Origin: Spirochaetia bacterium | Lineage (GTDB): Bacteria; Spirochaetota; Spirochaetia; UBA9216 | DNA length: 64,000 nt | Assembly (NCBI GenBank): GCA_965140585.1 | Contig: OZ223270.1 | Location: 645,360-709,359 of the forward strand | Reading direction: 5' to 3' | Part shown: positions 21,372-29,638 of the stretch, in pieces | How positions within the stretch are numbered: position 1 is the first letter of the stretch | Layout: each line of letters opens with the position of its first letter | Notes under the pieces: model-generated | Databases searched by the model: none | What the model was told of the DNA's origin: nothing | Seen by the model: only the letters and a program-made list of their open reading frames with translations | Translations under genes and position numbers: made by a program

Positions 21372-21493
21372 AAAGGAGATTACTGTGAAACAATTCAATT
21401 CAATATCAAAGCAAGCGGTTCTATTTTTTGTTGTCGTGCTGGTGCTGAGCCTGGTAACAGCATCCTGCTCAGATTTTTTCACTCTGATGACGG
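21124..21493 (+). repeat. 370-bp direct repeat, copy 1 (copy 2 at 26020-26389)
   Basis: Ungapped manual alignment at offset 4896 with about 11 mismatches (~97%). It covers the 3' part of the beta-barrel gene, the RBS, and the lipoprotein signal peptide through SCSDFFTLMT. Confidence 0.97.
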
Positions 21494-23781
21494 TTGAAGA
21501 GGGAGTAGTATTAGAAGATGTCTACGCTTTCGAGCTATCCTCAGAGCATTACAACTATGGCGCTGCTGATAAGAATGGCAATCTGGTCTTATACAACATT
21601 GACGGGGATACTCCTCTCAGTGCTTCCATTATAACTCAGGACAACAGCACTCTAACAGTAGCATTCAATAATGACGGTTATCCTTCACGTATAATAACCG
21701 ATGAATACATACTGCTTATGGACGGATGGGGTGACGGAACAGCAGACTTTGCAGTAATTAATGTGGCCGATGAATCCGTGGCGTACTACCCAAATACTCC
21801 AGTGGACTATACTCCCGAATCCAGCACTGATTCTTCAGCACGTCAGATCAATACCAGAGGATTGTTTGGTGATATAGGAAAGGGACTGAGAAATATCGGT
21901 AATGCCCTCAGGTCTGTTGCAACCGCAATTGCAGACTTCCCTATTCCCAACAATCCAATCACCACTATAATTACCGGTACCGTTAACACCTTGGCGAAGG
22001 TTGCCGATGTAACAGCCGACGGGCTGGTGGCAGTAGATGAGGTGCCATTTGAGAATTTCTTTGAAGACCCCATCGGCATAGCTTCTGAAGTGGTGACTAT
22101 TGCAGCGGACACTGTTGCCGAAGTAGCTACCCTTGTAGCCGATACTGCGGTGGACCTCGTAAATGTATTTTTTGAAGTCGATACAGCTCCACCTGATCCG
22201 GTTACTGATCTTGCTGTTTCCAAACCTGAGGATGGAACCATTCGATTGAGCTGGACCCCGCCGGCTTCGGATTACGATCATGCAACAGTCTGGTATGGTG
22301 AAGGGACTGAAGCCAGTGCAGCTACCACTCAATTCACCGGCACAATAGATGCAGGCGGAGCTACCATTTCCGGACTGACAAACTACACAGATTATGTATT
22401 TGTGGTAAAAGCCCTGGACTATTTTGAGAATGAGAGCGAACCGGCGAGTATAAGCGACCATCCCTTCGACAGAACCCCTCCCGCGGAAGTCAGCGATGTG
22501 GTTGTAGCTCTATACGACAATACCTTCCGAATATTCTGGTCAGACCCGACAGATGCTGATTTCGACAGTATCAAGATCTATTATGGCCCCGGGAACACGG
22601 CGGACGATGCAACTACAGAATATACCGGAATCATAGATACCAGTTATCAGGATCCCGATATGGCCAGAAGTACTTTTACCGGTCTTTCAGAGGGCCAATA
22701 CGCCATTGTCATCAAAACAGTTGATGATAAAGCCGTTCTGAACGGTAGTGCCAATGTCTCCGACGGATATCTTGTGACCCCATGGATGGTTTCCACCACC
22801 CCGACTTTAGCCACTGCATCTCCAGGATATGGAGAGCGGCAAAACTACGAAACCCTGGTATTTGACAACAAGCTTTGGATGATCGGTGGCTCCGGTGGAT
22901 CAGCCCAGAATGAATTGCAAACTAGTGTGTACAGCTCGGTAAACGGGACGGATTGGGTTCTGGTAACGGATCAGCCTGAGTGGTATACCCAGCACCAACC
23001 TCTCGATCTGAACCAGGAAGACACTACCAAGTACGGAAGACAGAAATTTGCCTCAACCGTCTATGACGGAAAAATGTGGGTTATTGGTGGCACCTATGGA
23101 GATAACAGATTATTCGACGATGTGTGGTATTCAACCGACGGGGATACCTGGACTGCAGCCACCCACGAGGCCCCCTGGGGGCCCCAGGCCTATATAGATG
23201 CGCTGGAGTTCGATGGAAAACTATGGCTGTTTATCAATAATGACTCCATCTGGAGTACCAGCGATGGAAATACCTGGACAGAAGAAGCCTCCAGTGTGCC
23301 TTGGCTTACACGGGAACATGAAATTGTAGAATTCCAAGGGAAGCTTTGGCTCCTGGGCGGAGGTTATGATAACGGTCCAAGTCAACCGCTGTACTACAAG
23401 ACCAATGATGTCTGGGTCTCTGAAGATGCTGTTACCTGGACTCAGGTAACCACAGATGGTTATTTTACCGAAGGTTCGGCTAACTATCACTATTGGGGGG
23501 CGGATATCTGGGAAGATCGGGCTGAATTTGCAGCTGCCGTTGCCTATGTCAGAATCTGGGTTATCGCCGGGCACCCCGCCAGCAACAGCCTGAAAGACAT
23601 ATGGAGCTCTGATGACGGCATTCACTGGGTCAATCTGGATGCTTCAAATGAAGCCACTTGGTACGACCGGGATGCACATACAGCCGAGTTTTTCGATGGA
23701 AAGCTCTTCTTCTTCGACGGCTATTCATTGAATTCGCTGATAGCAAACGACTCGACACCGGGAGATATCTGGTACTACTGA
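21385..23781 (+). CDS. Surface lipoprotein with Fn3-like domains and a C-terminal kelch-like beta-propeller
   Basis: Lipobox VTASC. Fn3-type segments DTAPPDPVTDL..IRLSWTPP and DRTPPAEVSD..IFWSDP. Repeats of (F/Y)DGK(L/M)W(M/V/L)IGG...DVWxSxDGxxW. Confidence 0.8.
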   Translation: MKQFNSISKQAVLFFVVVLVLSLVTASCSDFFTLMTVEEGVVLEDVYAFELSSEHYNYGAADKNGNLVLYNIDGDTPLSASIITQDNSTLTVAFNNDGYPSRIITDEYILLMDGWGDGTADFAVINVADESVAYYPNTPVDYTPESSTDSSARQINTRGLFGDIGKGLRNIGNALRSVATAIADFPIPNNPITTIITGTVNTLAKVADVTADGLVAVDEVPFENFFEDPIGIASEVVTIAADTVAEVATLVADTAVDLVNVFFEVDTAPPDPVTDLAVSKPEDGTIRLSWTPPASDYDHATVWYGEGTEASAATTQFTGTIDAGGATISGLTNYTDYVFVVKALDYFENESEPASISDHPFDRTPPAEVSDVVVALYDNTFRIFWSDPTDADFDSIKIYYGPGNTADDATTEYTGIIDTSYQDPDMARSTFTGLSEGQYAIVIKTVDDKAVLNGSANVSDGYLVTPWMVSTTPTLATASPGYGERQNYETLVFDNKLWMIGGSGGSAQNELQTSVYSSVNGTDWVLVTDQPEWYTQHQPLDLNQEDTTKYGRQKFASTVYDGKMWVIGGTYGDNRLFDDVWYSTDGDTWTAATHEAPWGPQAYIDALEFDGKLWLFINNDSIWSTSDGNTWTEEASSVPWLTREHEIVEFQGKLWLLGGGYDNGPSQPLYYKTNDVWVSEDAVTWTQVTTDGYFTEGSANYHYWGADIWEDRAEFAAAVAYVRIWVIAGHPASNSLKDIWSSDDGIHWVNLDASNEATWYDRDAHTAEFFDGKLFFFDGYSLNSLIANDSTPGDIWYY

Positions 23782-23865
23782 TGTTGTGCCGCCGGGTTGG
23801 CATAAACAATTAGAATTGCCAATGGCCCAAAACGAAAGGGTAAATAAATTATAGGAGAATAAATA

Positions 23866-24786
23866 ATGAAAGAAAAGCGAAACATTTTTATCGGAATATT
23901 GGTTGCAGCATTGGTATTGTTTGCTATCGGATGTGAAATACCGGGAACAGACGGAGACGGCAGTGACGGAGAAATTGCGGTTACCTTTGAAAGCGCAGTA
24001 CAAACCGGTGGAACCGATGGCACAGCCGATTCAACAAGTCTGACGCTGACCTTCAGCGCCGATCCCGACACATTGGCAGCAAGCGATATCACGCTAACGG
24101 GAGCGACCAAGGGTACGCTTAGCGGTACAGGAACAACCAGGACACTAGCTATTTCAGCTATTACAGTGGGAAATGGGGAGACATTATCGATAGAGATAGC
24201 AGACCCAAGCGGGTACACCATAAGCGGCTCACCGCAAACTGCGGTGGTGTATAGAGATGTAACTTATGAGCTTGGAGACACTGGCCCAAGCGGAGTGGGG
24301 ATTGTTTTTTATATAACAGATGGCGGACTGCATGGAATGGAAATTGCGCCTGAAGATCAGGGAAGCTCTGTAGCATGGAGCAATATAGACAATGCTTTTG
24401 TTAATGGTGTTGATTCATTACCTGCTGACATAGGTACAGGAGCTTCAAACACCGATGCAATAATTGCCCAGACTGGTCATACGGCCAGTGCAGCGCAGTT
24501 GTGTCATGATTATGCCGGCGGCGGTTTAACTGACTGGTATCTTCCATCGGAAAATGAACTACTCGAGCTTTATAAAATTTCTATGGGCGATCCTGCTGAA
24601 AATGAACATATATCGAATATTCCTGAACTAGATTATCGAAACCTTGGCATCTCTGTATGGTACTGGACATCTACCGAAAGTTCTTCTGATTCAGCCGAGC
24701 GCCTTCAGTTTGAATGGTCCGGTTCAGGTTCCAATTTAAAATGGAAAACCGTATCCATGAAAGTTCGTGCAGTACGAAGTTTTTAA
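23866..24786 (+). CDS. Lipoprotein, Ig-like domain plus DUF1566/Lcl (C-type-lectin-like) domain
   Basis: Lipobox AIGC. Motifs YELGDTGPSG.GIVFY, DWYLPSENEL, YWTSTE and C-terminal VRAVRSF. Confidence 0.8.
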   Translation: MKEKRNIFIGILVAALVLFAIGCEIPGTDGDGSDGEIAVTFESAVQTGGTDGTADSTSLTLTFSADPDTLAASDITLTGATKGTLSGTGTTRTLAISAITVGNGETLSIEIADPSGYTISGSPQTAVVYRDVTYELGDTGPSGVGIVFYITDGGLHGMEIAPEDQGSSVAWSNIDNAFVNGVDSLPADIGTGASNTDAIIAQTGHTASAAQLCHDYAGGGLTDWYLPSENELLELYKISMGDPAENEHISNIPELDYRNLGISVWYWTSTESSSDSAERLQFEWSGSGSNLKWKTVSMKVRAVRSF

Positions 24787-24808
24787 TGAAGGAGAATTAA
24801 CTATGAAA
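24763..24808 (+). repeat. 46-bp inter-gene junction repeat, copy 1 (copy 2 at 25667-25712)
   Basis: GTTCGTGCAGTACGAAG(T/C)TTTTAATGAAGGAGAATTAA(C/T)TATGAAA with 2 mismatches. It spans the VRAVRSF stop, the RBS and the next start. Confidence 0.9.
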
Positions 24809-25690
24809 TCAAAACGAAACATTTTTATCGGAATGTTGGTTGCAGCATTGGTATTGTTTGCAATTGGATGTGAAATGCCGGGAACAGGTGGTGACGGAGG
24901 GGTCTCTCCAACAGCCGTCACCTTCGAGAGCGCGGTCCAAACCGGCGGTACGTCAGAAACTGCAGATTCTACAGGCTTAATACTGACATTCAGTGTTGAC
25001 CCGACGACATTATCAGCAGATGACATTACGTTAACGGGAGCGACAAAGGGTGAGTTGACCGGTACCGGAACAACCAGAACACTGGCTATTTCAGCTATTA
25101 CAGTGGGAAATGGGAAAACAGTATCTGTGGCAATCGCAGATCCAAGCGGATACACCATAAGCAGCTCACCGCAAACTGCGGTGGTGTATAGAGAAATAAC
25201 CATCGGCATTGTTCATCAAGGTGGGGTTGTTGCTTATATTCTACAGGATGGCGACTCGGGATATGTAGCCGGTGAAATTCACGGTCTAATTGCATCAATG
25301 GCTGACTTGAGTGATGCCATTAAATGGAACAACGGAAGTAACATAGATACAACAGCAACAGGAACAGCAATCGGTACAGGGCAGGCTAACACTACTGCGA
25401 TTGTAACTGCACAGGGGGCCGGAAGTTATGCGGCACAATTATGTGATGATTATATAAATACCGATACCGGGACAGGGGTTTACGACGATTGGTACTTGCC
25501 TGCGCGGTTTGAATTAGGTGTACTCCGAGAAAACCAAGCAGCTATCGGCGGCTTCACCTCCGATGGGGGGTATTGGTCCTCTTCAGAAATCAATAGTGTA
25601 ACTGCATTTTCGGCAGATTTTGACTCAATGTCGTATTCTGGTACTTCGAAGGAAACCGATAAAATGGTTCGTGCAGTACGAAGCTTTTAA
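24803..25690 (+). CDS. Lipoprotein, Ig-like domain plus DUF1566/Lcl domain (paralogue)
   Basis: ATG at 24803 after AAGGAG. Signal peptide and Ig-like domain are highly similar to 23866..24786 up to TAVVYR. The C-terminal domain differs (DDWYLPARFEL, YWSSSE, VRAVRSF). Confidence 0.8.
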   Translation: MKSKRNIFIGMLVAALVLFAIGCEMPGTGGDGGVSPTAVTFESAVQTGGTSETADSTGLILTFSVDPTTLSADDITLTGATKGELTGTGTTRTLAISAITVGNGKTVSVAIADPSGYTISSSPQTAVVYREITIGIVHQGGVVAYILQDGDSGYVAGEIHGLIASMADLSDAIKWNNGSNIDTTATGTAIGTGQANTTAIVTAQGAGSYAAQLCDDYINTDTGTGVYDDWYLPARFELGVLRENQAAIGGFTSDGGYWSSSEINSVTAFSADFDSMSYSGTSKETDKMVRAVRSF

Positions 25691-25706
25691 TGAAGGAGAA
25701 TTAATT

Positions 25707-26267
25707 ATGAAAGAAAAGCGAAGAAGAGTAACACTTCTAGTAGTAATCTTCATTGCTGCTGCATCTGCGCTGGGAGCGCAAAGCCTCTCAGACGTTTACG
25801 TTGGCGCATCGGGCAGCATCCCTCTGGGGGATTACCGCAGCATATACAGCGTTGGGGCAGGAGCCCAGGCGGGAGTTACCGTCGAAGTTCCATTTCTTCC
25901 CGGATTGGGAGCAGGCGCTCAGTTAAGCGGATCCTACCAGTTCCCCGCCGGCTCGCAGATCAGTCTGCTCATCGATACAATTTGGCAGATAACGGCTAAC
26001 TACGAAATCAGTCTGGATGACATTGGTCTGTCATTCCGTCCCGGAATCGGTTACGGAGGGATGCTACACATCAGCGAGTATGACCCGGGCTCAGGTTCTA
26101 CTTTTGGATTGTTCTATGACAGCCTGGTTAGCCTGTCGGTCTTTACTACCTATGCCCTGAATCCTGATCTGGAAATATATGTTAACCCCGAATTCCTCAT
26201 GGTATTCGGAGCAGACGCCATGAATATGGTTATACCTCTGGGTATTGGCCTCCAGTTCAATCTGTAG
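25707..26267 (+). CDS. Small outer-membrane beta-barrel protein (probably 8-stranded)
   Basis: ATG at 25707. Signal peptide ending ASALGA-Q, alternating amphipathic strands, and C-terminal GIGLQFNL. 186 aa. Confidence 0.7.
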   Translation: MKEKRRRVTLLVVIFIAAASALGAQSLSDVYVGASGSIPLGDYRSIYSVGAGAQAGVTVEVPFLPGLGAGAQLSGSYQFPAGSQISLLIDTIWQITANYEISLDDIGLSFRPGIGYGGMLHISEYDPGSGSTFGLFYDSLVSLSVFTTYALNPDLEIYVNPEFLMVFGADAMNMVIPLGIGLQFNL

Positions 26268-26389
26268 AAAGGAGATTACAGTGAAACAATTCAATTTAAT
26301 ATCAAAGCACGCGGTTCTATTTTTTGTTGTCGTGCTGGTGCTGAGCCTGGTAACAGCATCCTGCTCAGATTTTTTCACTCTGATGACGG
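26020..26389 (+). repeat. 370-bp direct repeat, copy 2
   Basis: Matches 21124-21493 (see copy 1). Confidence 0.97.
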
Positions 26390-27171
26390 GGACAGATTCG
26401 GAAGGGCAAGCTACAGATGCTGAGATAGTTGCAGACGATAAGGCTGCCCTTGATATTACATTTTCAGGGACTGATACGCTAACTTCAGTAACAGGCAATC
26501 TAACTTTACCGACATCCGGATCAGCCGGCTCCACTATCACATGGGCAAGTGATACAGAGACGGTAGTTGCAGCAGATGGAACAGTTACAAGACCTGCTTT
26601 TTCTGATGGTGATGCAACTGTGGTAATGACAGCTACGATTACTAATGGAACGGTGAGTGAAACAAAAACTTTTACTCTGACTGTAATTAAAGCAGATCCG
26701 ATTACTTACTCTATCGGTGACATAGGTCCCAGCGGTGTAGGAATAGTCGTTTATATAAGCGATGGCGGGCTGCATGGACTGGAAGTAGCATCGGAAGATC
26801 AGGCAACTAGTGCAGCATGGAGCGATGTCACTGCTACTTTGATTGGAACAACACATACCGCTTCCGGAACCGGGTCTGCTAATACAGATGCCATTATAGG
26901 GCAGGATGGGCATACTGCCAGTGCGGCACAGATATGCAGAGATTACCATGGAGGAGGATTAACTGATTGGTATCTGCCATCTCAAGTTGAACTCATAAAC
27001 CTAATTCCATCAAAGGATACAATTGGTATGGGAAGTGGCAATTATTGGAGTTCTTCCGAGGTCGATGAGGATGAGGCTTACGCAATACAGATGTGGAATC
27101 CATCGCAAACGGTGATTGATCCCTTTAAAAGTGCAACCGCTTTTAGAGTTCGAGCCATGCGGAGTTTCTGA
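26281..27171 (+). CDS. Lipoprotein, bacterial Ig-like domain plus DUF1566/Lcl domain
   Basis: GTG at 26281. Signal peptide nearly identical to that of 21385. Ig-like segment LTLPTSGSAGSTITWAS...DGTVTRP...KTFTLTV, then YSIGDIGPSG, DWYLPS, YWSSSE and VRAMRSF. Confidence 0.8.
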   Translation: MKQFNLISKHAVLFFVVVLVLSLVTASCSDFFTLMTGTDSEGQATDAEIVADDKAALDITFSGTDTLTSVTGNLTLPTSGSAGSTITWASDTETVVAADGTVTRPAFSDGDATVVMTATITNGTVSETKTFTLTVIKADPITYSIGDIGPSGVGIVVYISDGGLHGLEVASEDQATSAAWSDVTATLIGTTHTASGTGSANTDAIIGQDGHTASAAQICRDYHGGGLTDWYLPSQVELINLIPSKDTIGMGSGNYWSSSEVDEDEAYAIQMWNPSQTVIDPFKSATAFRVRAMRSF

Positions 27172-27180
27172 AAATACGGC

Positions 27181-27206
27181 AATTGGGGGCGAAAGCCCCC
27201 AATTTT
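27181..27206 (+). terminator. Rho-independent terminator ending the lipoprotein array
   Basis: AATTGGGGGC-GAAA-GCCCCCAATT followed by TT. Confidence 0.8.
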
Positions 27207-27273
27207 GTCGTTAAAAGGATTCAGCTGCCCTGGGGATTTTACAGATGAATAATAACAGAGTATAGTTGACTAT

Positions 27274-28623
27274 ATGAATATCCATTTCCCCAGTATCGGT
27301 TTTGCCTCTTTTGTGTTTTCGATTCTATCCGCATTGCTTATGATAATTGTTCGAAAAATAAATAAATCAGTGCCTGGAACCGGCCTATGGACTTTAGCCG
27401 CAGTTGTAAATGCAGTAATGTGGACACTTGTTATTGCTATCCGATCGGATAATTGGGAAATGGCAAATTTACTGCAGGGATCTTTAGTGCCTTTTCGTGA
27501 TCTTCTGATTCTTGAAGGAGTTATTCTTTTTCGCGGAATTGGAAATTTCAGTAAACTCCGCTATTATCAGGTGATTGCAGCTGTTATTGTACTTTTCACA
27601 CCGCTTGTCATTTTGGATATGGAGCTGGCAAGTTTTCTTTTCAGAGATTTTATATTATTCATCATTAGAGCGGGCATTGCGTCTATCCTCCTCTTCAGAG
27701 CGCGAAAAAGAGAATTCTGGATTCACGGGCTGACAGCCGTACCTGCATTCGTCCTTGCAATCGGTTCGTTGGTACGTTTTCTGGTTGTTCTTTCAGGAGA
27801 TCCTCTATGGAGCAATCCTGAACATCCGGTGATGATAGTTCTGTTCTTTATTTCTTTTATATGGAATATGGAGTGGATTTTCGGTTTAACCATGGCCGTC
27901 AATCTGCGGGTCAGAAATGAATTGTCTGAGTTAAACAGACTCAAAGACCGTCTTTTTCAGGTGATTTCTCATGACCTTCGGGTGCCGATCAATAATTTCC
28001 GCAATCTTCTCACAGTCATTAACAATAATTCTGCAAAGATACCTGAAGAGGAGAAAAAGAAATACTACCAGGCCCTCGATCTTAATATTGATTCAGCAGA
28101 TATGCTGATGGAAAATCTATTGGCTTTAGGTAATAAATATTCCGAAACCTCCGGCTGTAAAAAGGAAATTGCATCAATGCATGCTCTGATAAATGAAGCT
28201 GTAGGTTTTGTTAAAGCAGAAGCCGATAGGAAAGGGGTGGTTCTTGACCTGAAAGAAAATGAGGATATTACCGTTTTTATCGATCCTCACATGATTTCCG
28301 CGGTCATCAGAAATCTGCTCGCTAACGCCATTAAGTTTACCCATGCCGCAGGTACTGTGTCCGTTGGTTTTTCTATACTGGCGGATACTGTAGAAGTTGA
28401 GGTAGCAGACAACGGAATCGGAATATCAGAAGAGATCCTCGGGACAATTCGGGACGGGGCAGCTGAGTTTTCATCCTACGGTACTGAAGGGGAGTCGGGA
28501 ACGGGAATCGGGTTGATGGTGTGCCGGTATTTTCTCGATAAACACGGATCAAGATTATCAATCTGTTCTGCTCCCGGGGAAGGTACCATTGTCACGTTCC
28601 ATCTGGAGAGATACAAAAAATGA
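27274..28623 (+). CDS. Membrane sensor histidine kinase (~7 TM)
   Basis: H-box ISHDLRVP, N-box RNLLANAIKFT, G boxes DNGIGI and GTGIGL. Confidence 0.93.
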   Translation: MNIHFPSIGFASFVFSILSALLMIIVRKINKSVPGTGLWTLAAVVNAVMWTLVIAIRSDNWEMANLLQGSLVPFRDLLILEGVILFRGIGNFSKLRYYQVIAAVIVLFTPLVILDMELASFLFRDFILFIIRAGIASILLFRARKREFWIHGLTAVPAFVLAIGSLVRFLVVLSGDPLWSNPEHPVMIVLFFISFIWNMEWIFGLTMAVNLRVRNELSELNRLKDRLFQVISHDLRVPINNFRNLLTVINNNSAKIPEEEKKKYYQALDLNIDSADMLMENLLALGNKYSETSGCKKEIASMHALINEAVGFVKAEADRKGVVLDLKENEDITVFIDPHMISAVIRNLLANAIKFTHAAGTVSVGFSILADTVEVEVADNGIGISEEILGTIRDGAAEFSSYGTEGESGTGIGLMVCRYFLDKHGSRLSICSAPGEGTIVTFHLERYKK

Positions 28624-29258
28624 AGAAGATAATAATAGTTGATGATCATGTTCTGGTCCGGGCAGGTATGCGGACCATGCTCGAAGAGACGCGCAAATAT
28701 AAGGTAATTGCCGACTATTCTGACGGCAATACTTTTTTGGCAGATGCTTCCGGGAGCGACGCAGATCTTGTACTCCTGGATATCTCAATGCCGGGCAGGA
28801 ACGGTTTGGAAATCATTCATGAAATCAGAAAAAAGAACCAAAAGTTGCCAATCATAATCGTATCGATGTACAGTGAAAAAGAGTTTGCCGTAAAATCTAT
28901 TAAGGCTGGTGCCAACGGGTATATCTCAAAGCGCAGCAGCAAGGATGAAATATTGACGGCTGTAGACGCTGTTTTTAAAGGCGGCATATACCTGACCGGT
29001 GACGGGCTGCACATGCTGCAGTCGCATTTCTCCGGCAGTGATCCCGACTATGGTGCTGATATGATTGAGTCTCTTTCCCCGAGGGAACAGGAAGTGTTTC
29101 GGCTGCTTTGTGAAGGGAAGGCAATAAAAGAGATTGCATATGATCTTACCCTATCCGACAGAACCGTCAGCACTTATAAAGCACGCATCATGGAAAAAAC
29201 AGAAACGGAAAACCTCGTAGATCTAATCAAATTCGGCATCGAGCATGGGCTGGTGTAG
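28620..29258 (+). CDS. NarL/UvrY-family response regulator
   Basis: VDDH, LLDISMPG, and LuxR HTH LSPREQEV...LSDRTVSTYKARI. Overlaps the kinase stop. Confidence 0.95.
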   Translation: MKKIIIVDDHVLVRAGMRTMLEETRKYKVIADYSDGNTFLADASGSDADLVLLDISMPGRNGLEIIHEIRKKNQKLPIIIVSMYSEKEFAVKSIKAGANGYISKRSSKDEILTAVDAVFKGGIYLTGDGLHMLQSHFSGSDPDYGADMIESLSPREQEVFRLLCEGKAIKEIAYDLTLSDRTVSTYKARIMEKTETENLVDLIKFGIEHGLV

Positions 29259-29587
29259 TTTTATTCTATCGGTTTGGTTTTTAAGCACTGCTTCTGTAAT
29301 AGTAATAGTGATGATGCAAACCGGACGATACCGGCAGTCTTTAATATGGAAGAATTTCTACATTAGTTGAAAAAACTATAGTATGCCTGGATATAGGTTT
29401 CCTTCTTTATTTCAAGAATTAGATTTTTTATGTCATTTGTTACAGATTTTCTGACAGCTTAGTAGAGTTATTTGATTGTGTTTGCCGGTGATTTTTATCA
29501 GAAATTATTAGATTAGTTGTACCATGACGGGAGCAGCATACTGCTAATAAATCAGCAGTATTAGCACGCTGCCGTATGATACATGTT

Positions 29588-29613
29588 GATTCCCTAAATC
29601 ATTGTAGGGAATC
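29588..29613 (-). terminator. Hairpin downstream of MCP
   Basis: GATTCCCTA / TAGGGAATC inverted repeat. Confidence 0.5.
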
Positions 29614-29638
29614 GTTATATAACATCGATTAAACGGAT

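Noticed and set aside
23866-27206. Complete diversity-generating retroelement (DUF1566/CLec targets, 3' hairpin with GAAA loop)
   Set aside because: There is no reverse transcriptase, avd gene or adenine-rich template repeat in the window. The three C-terminal regions differ in length and at non-adenine positions, and the hairpin is adequately explained as a terminator.
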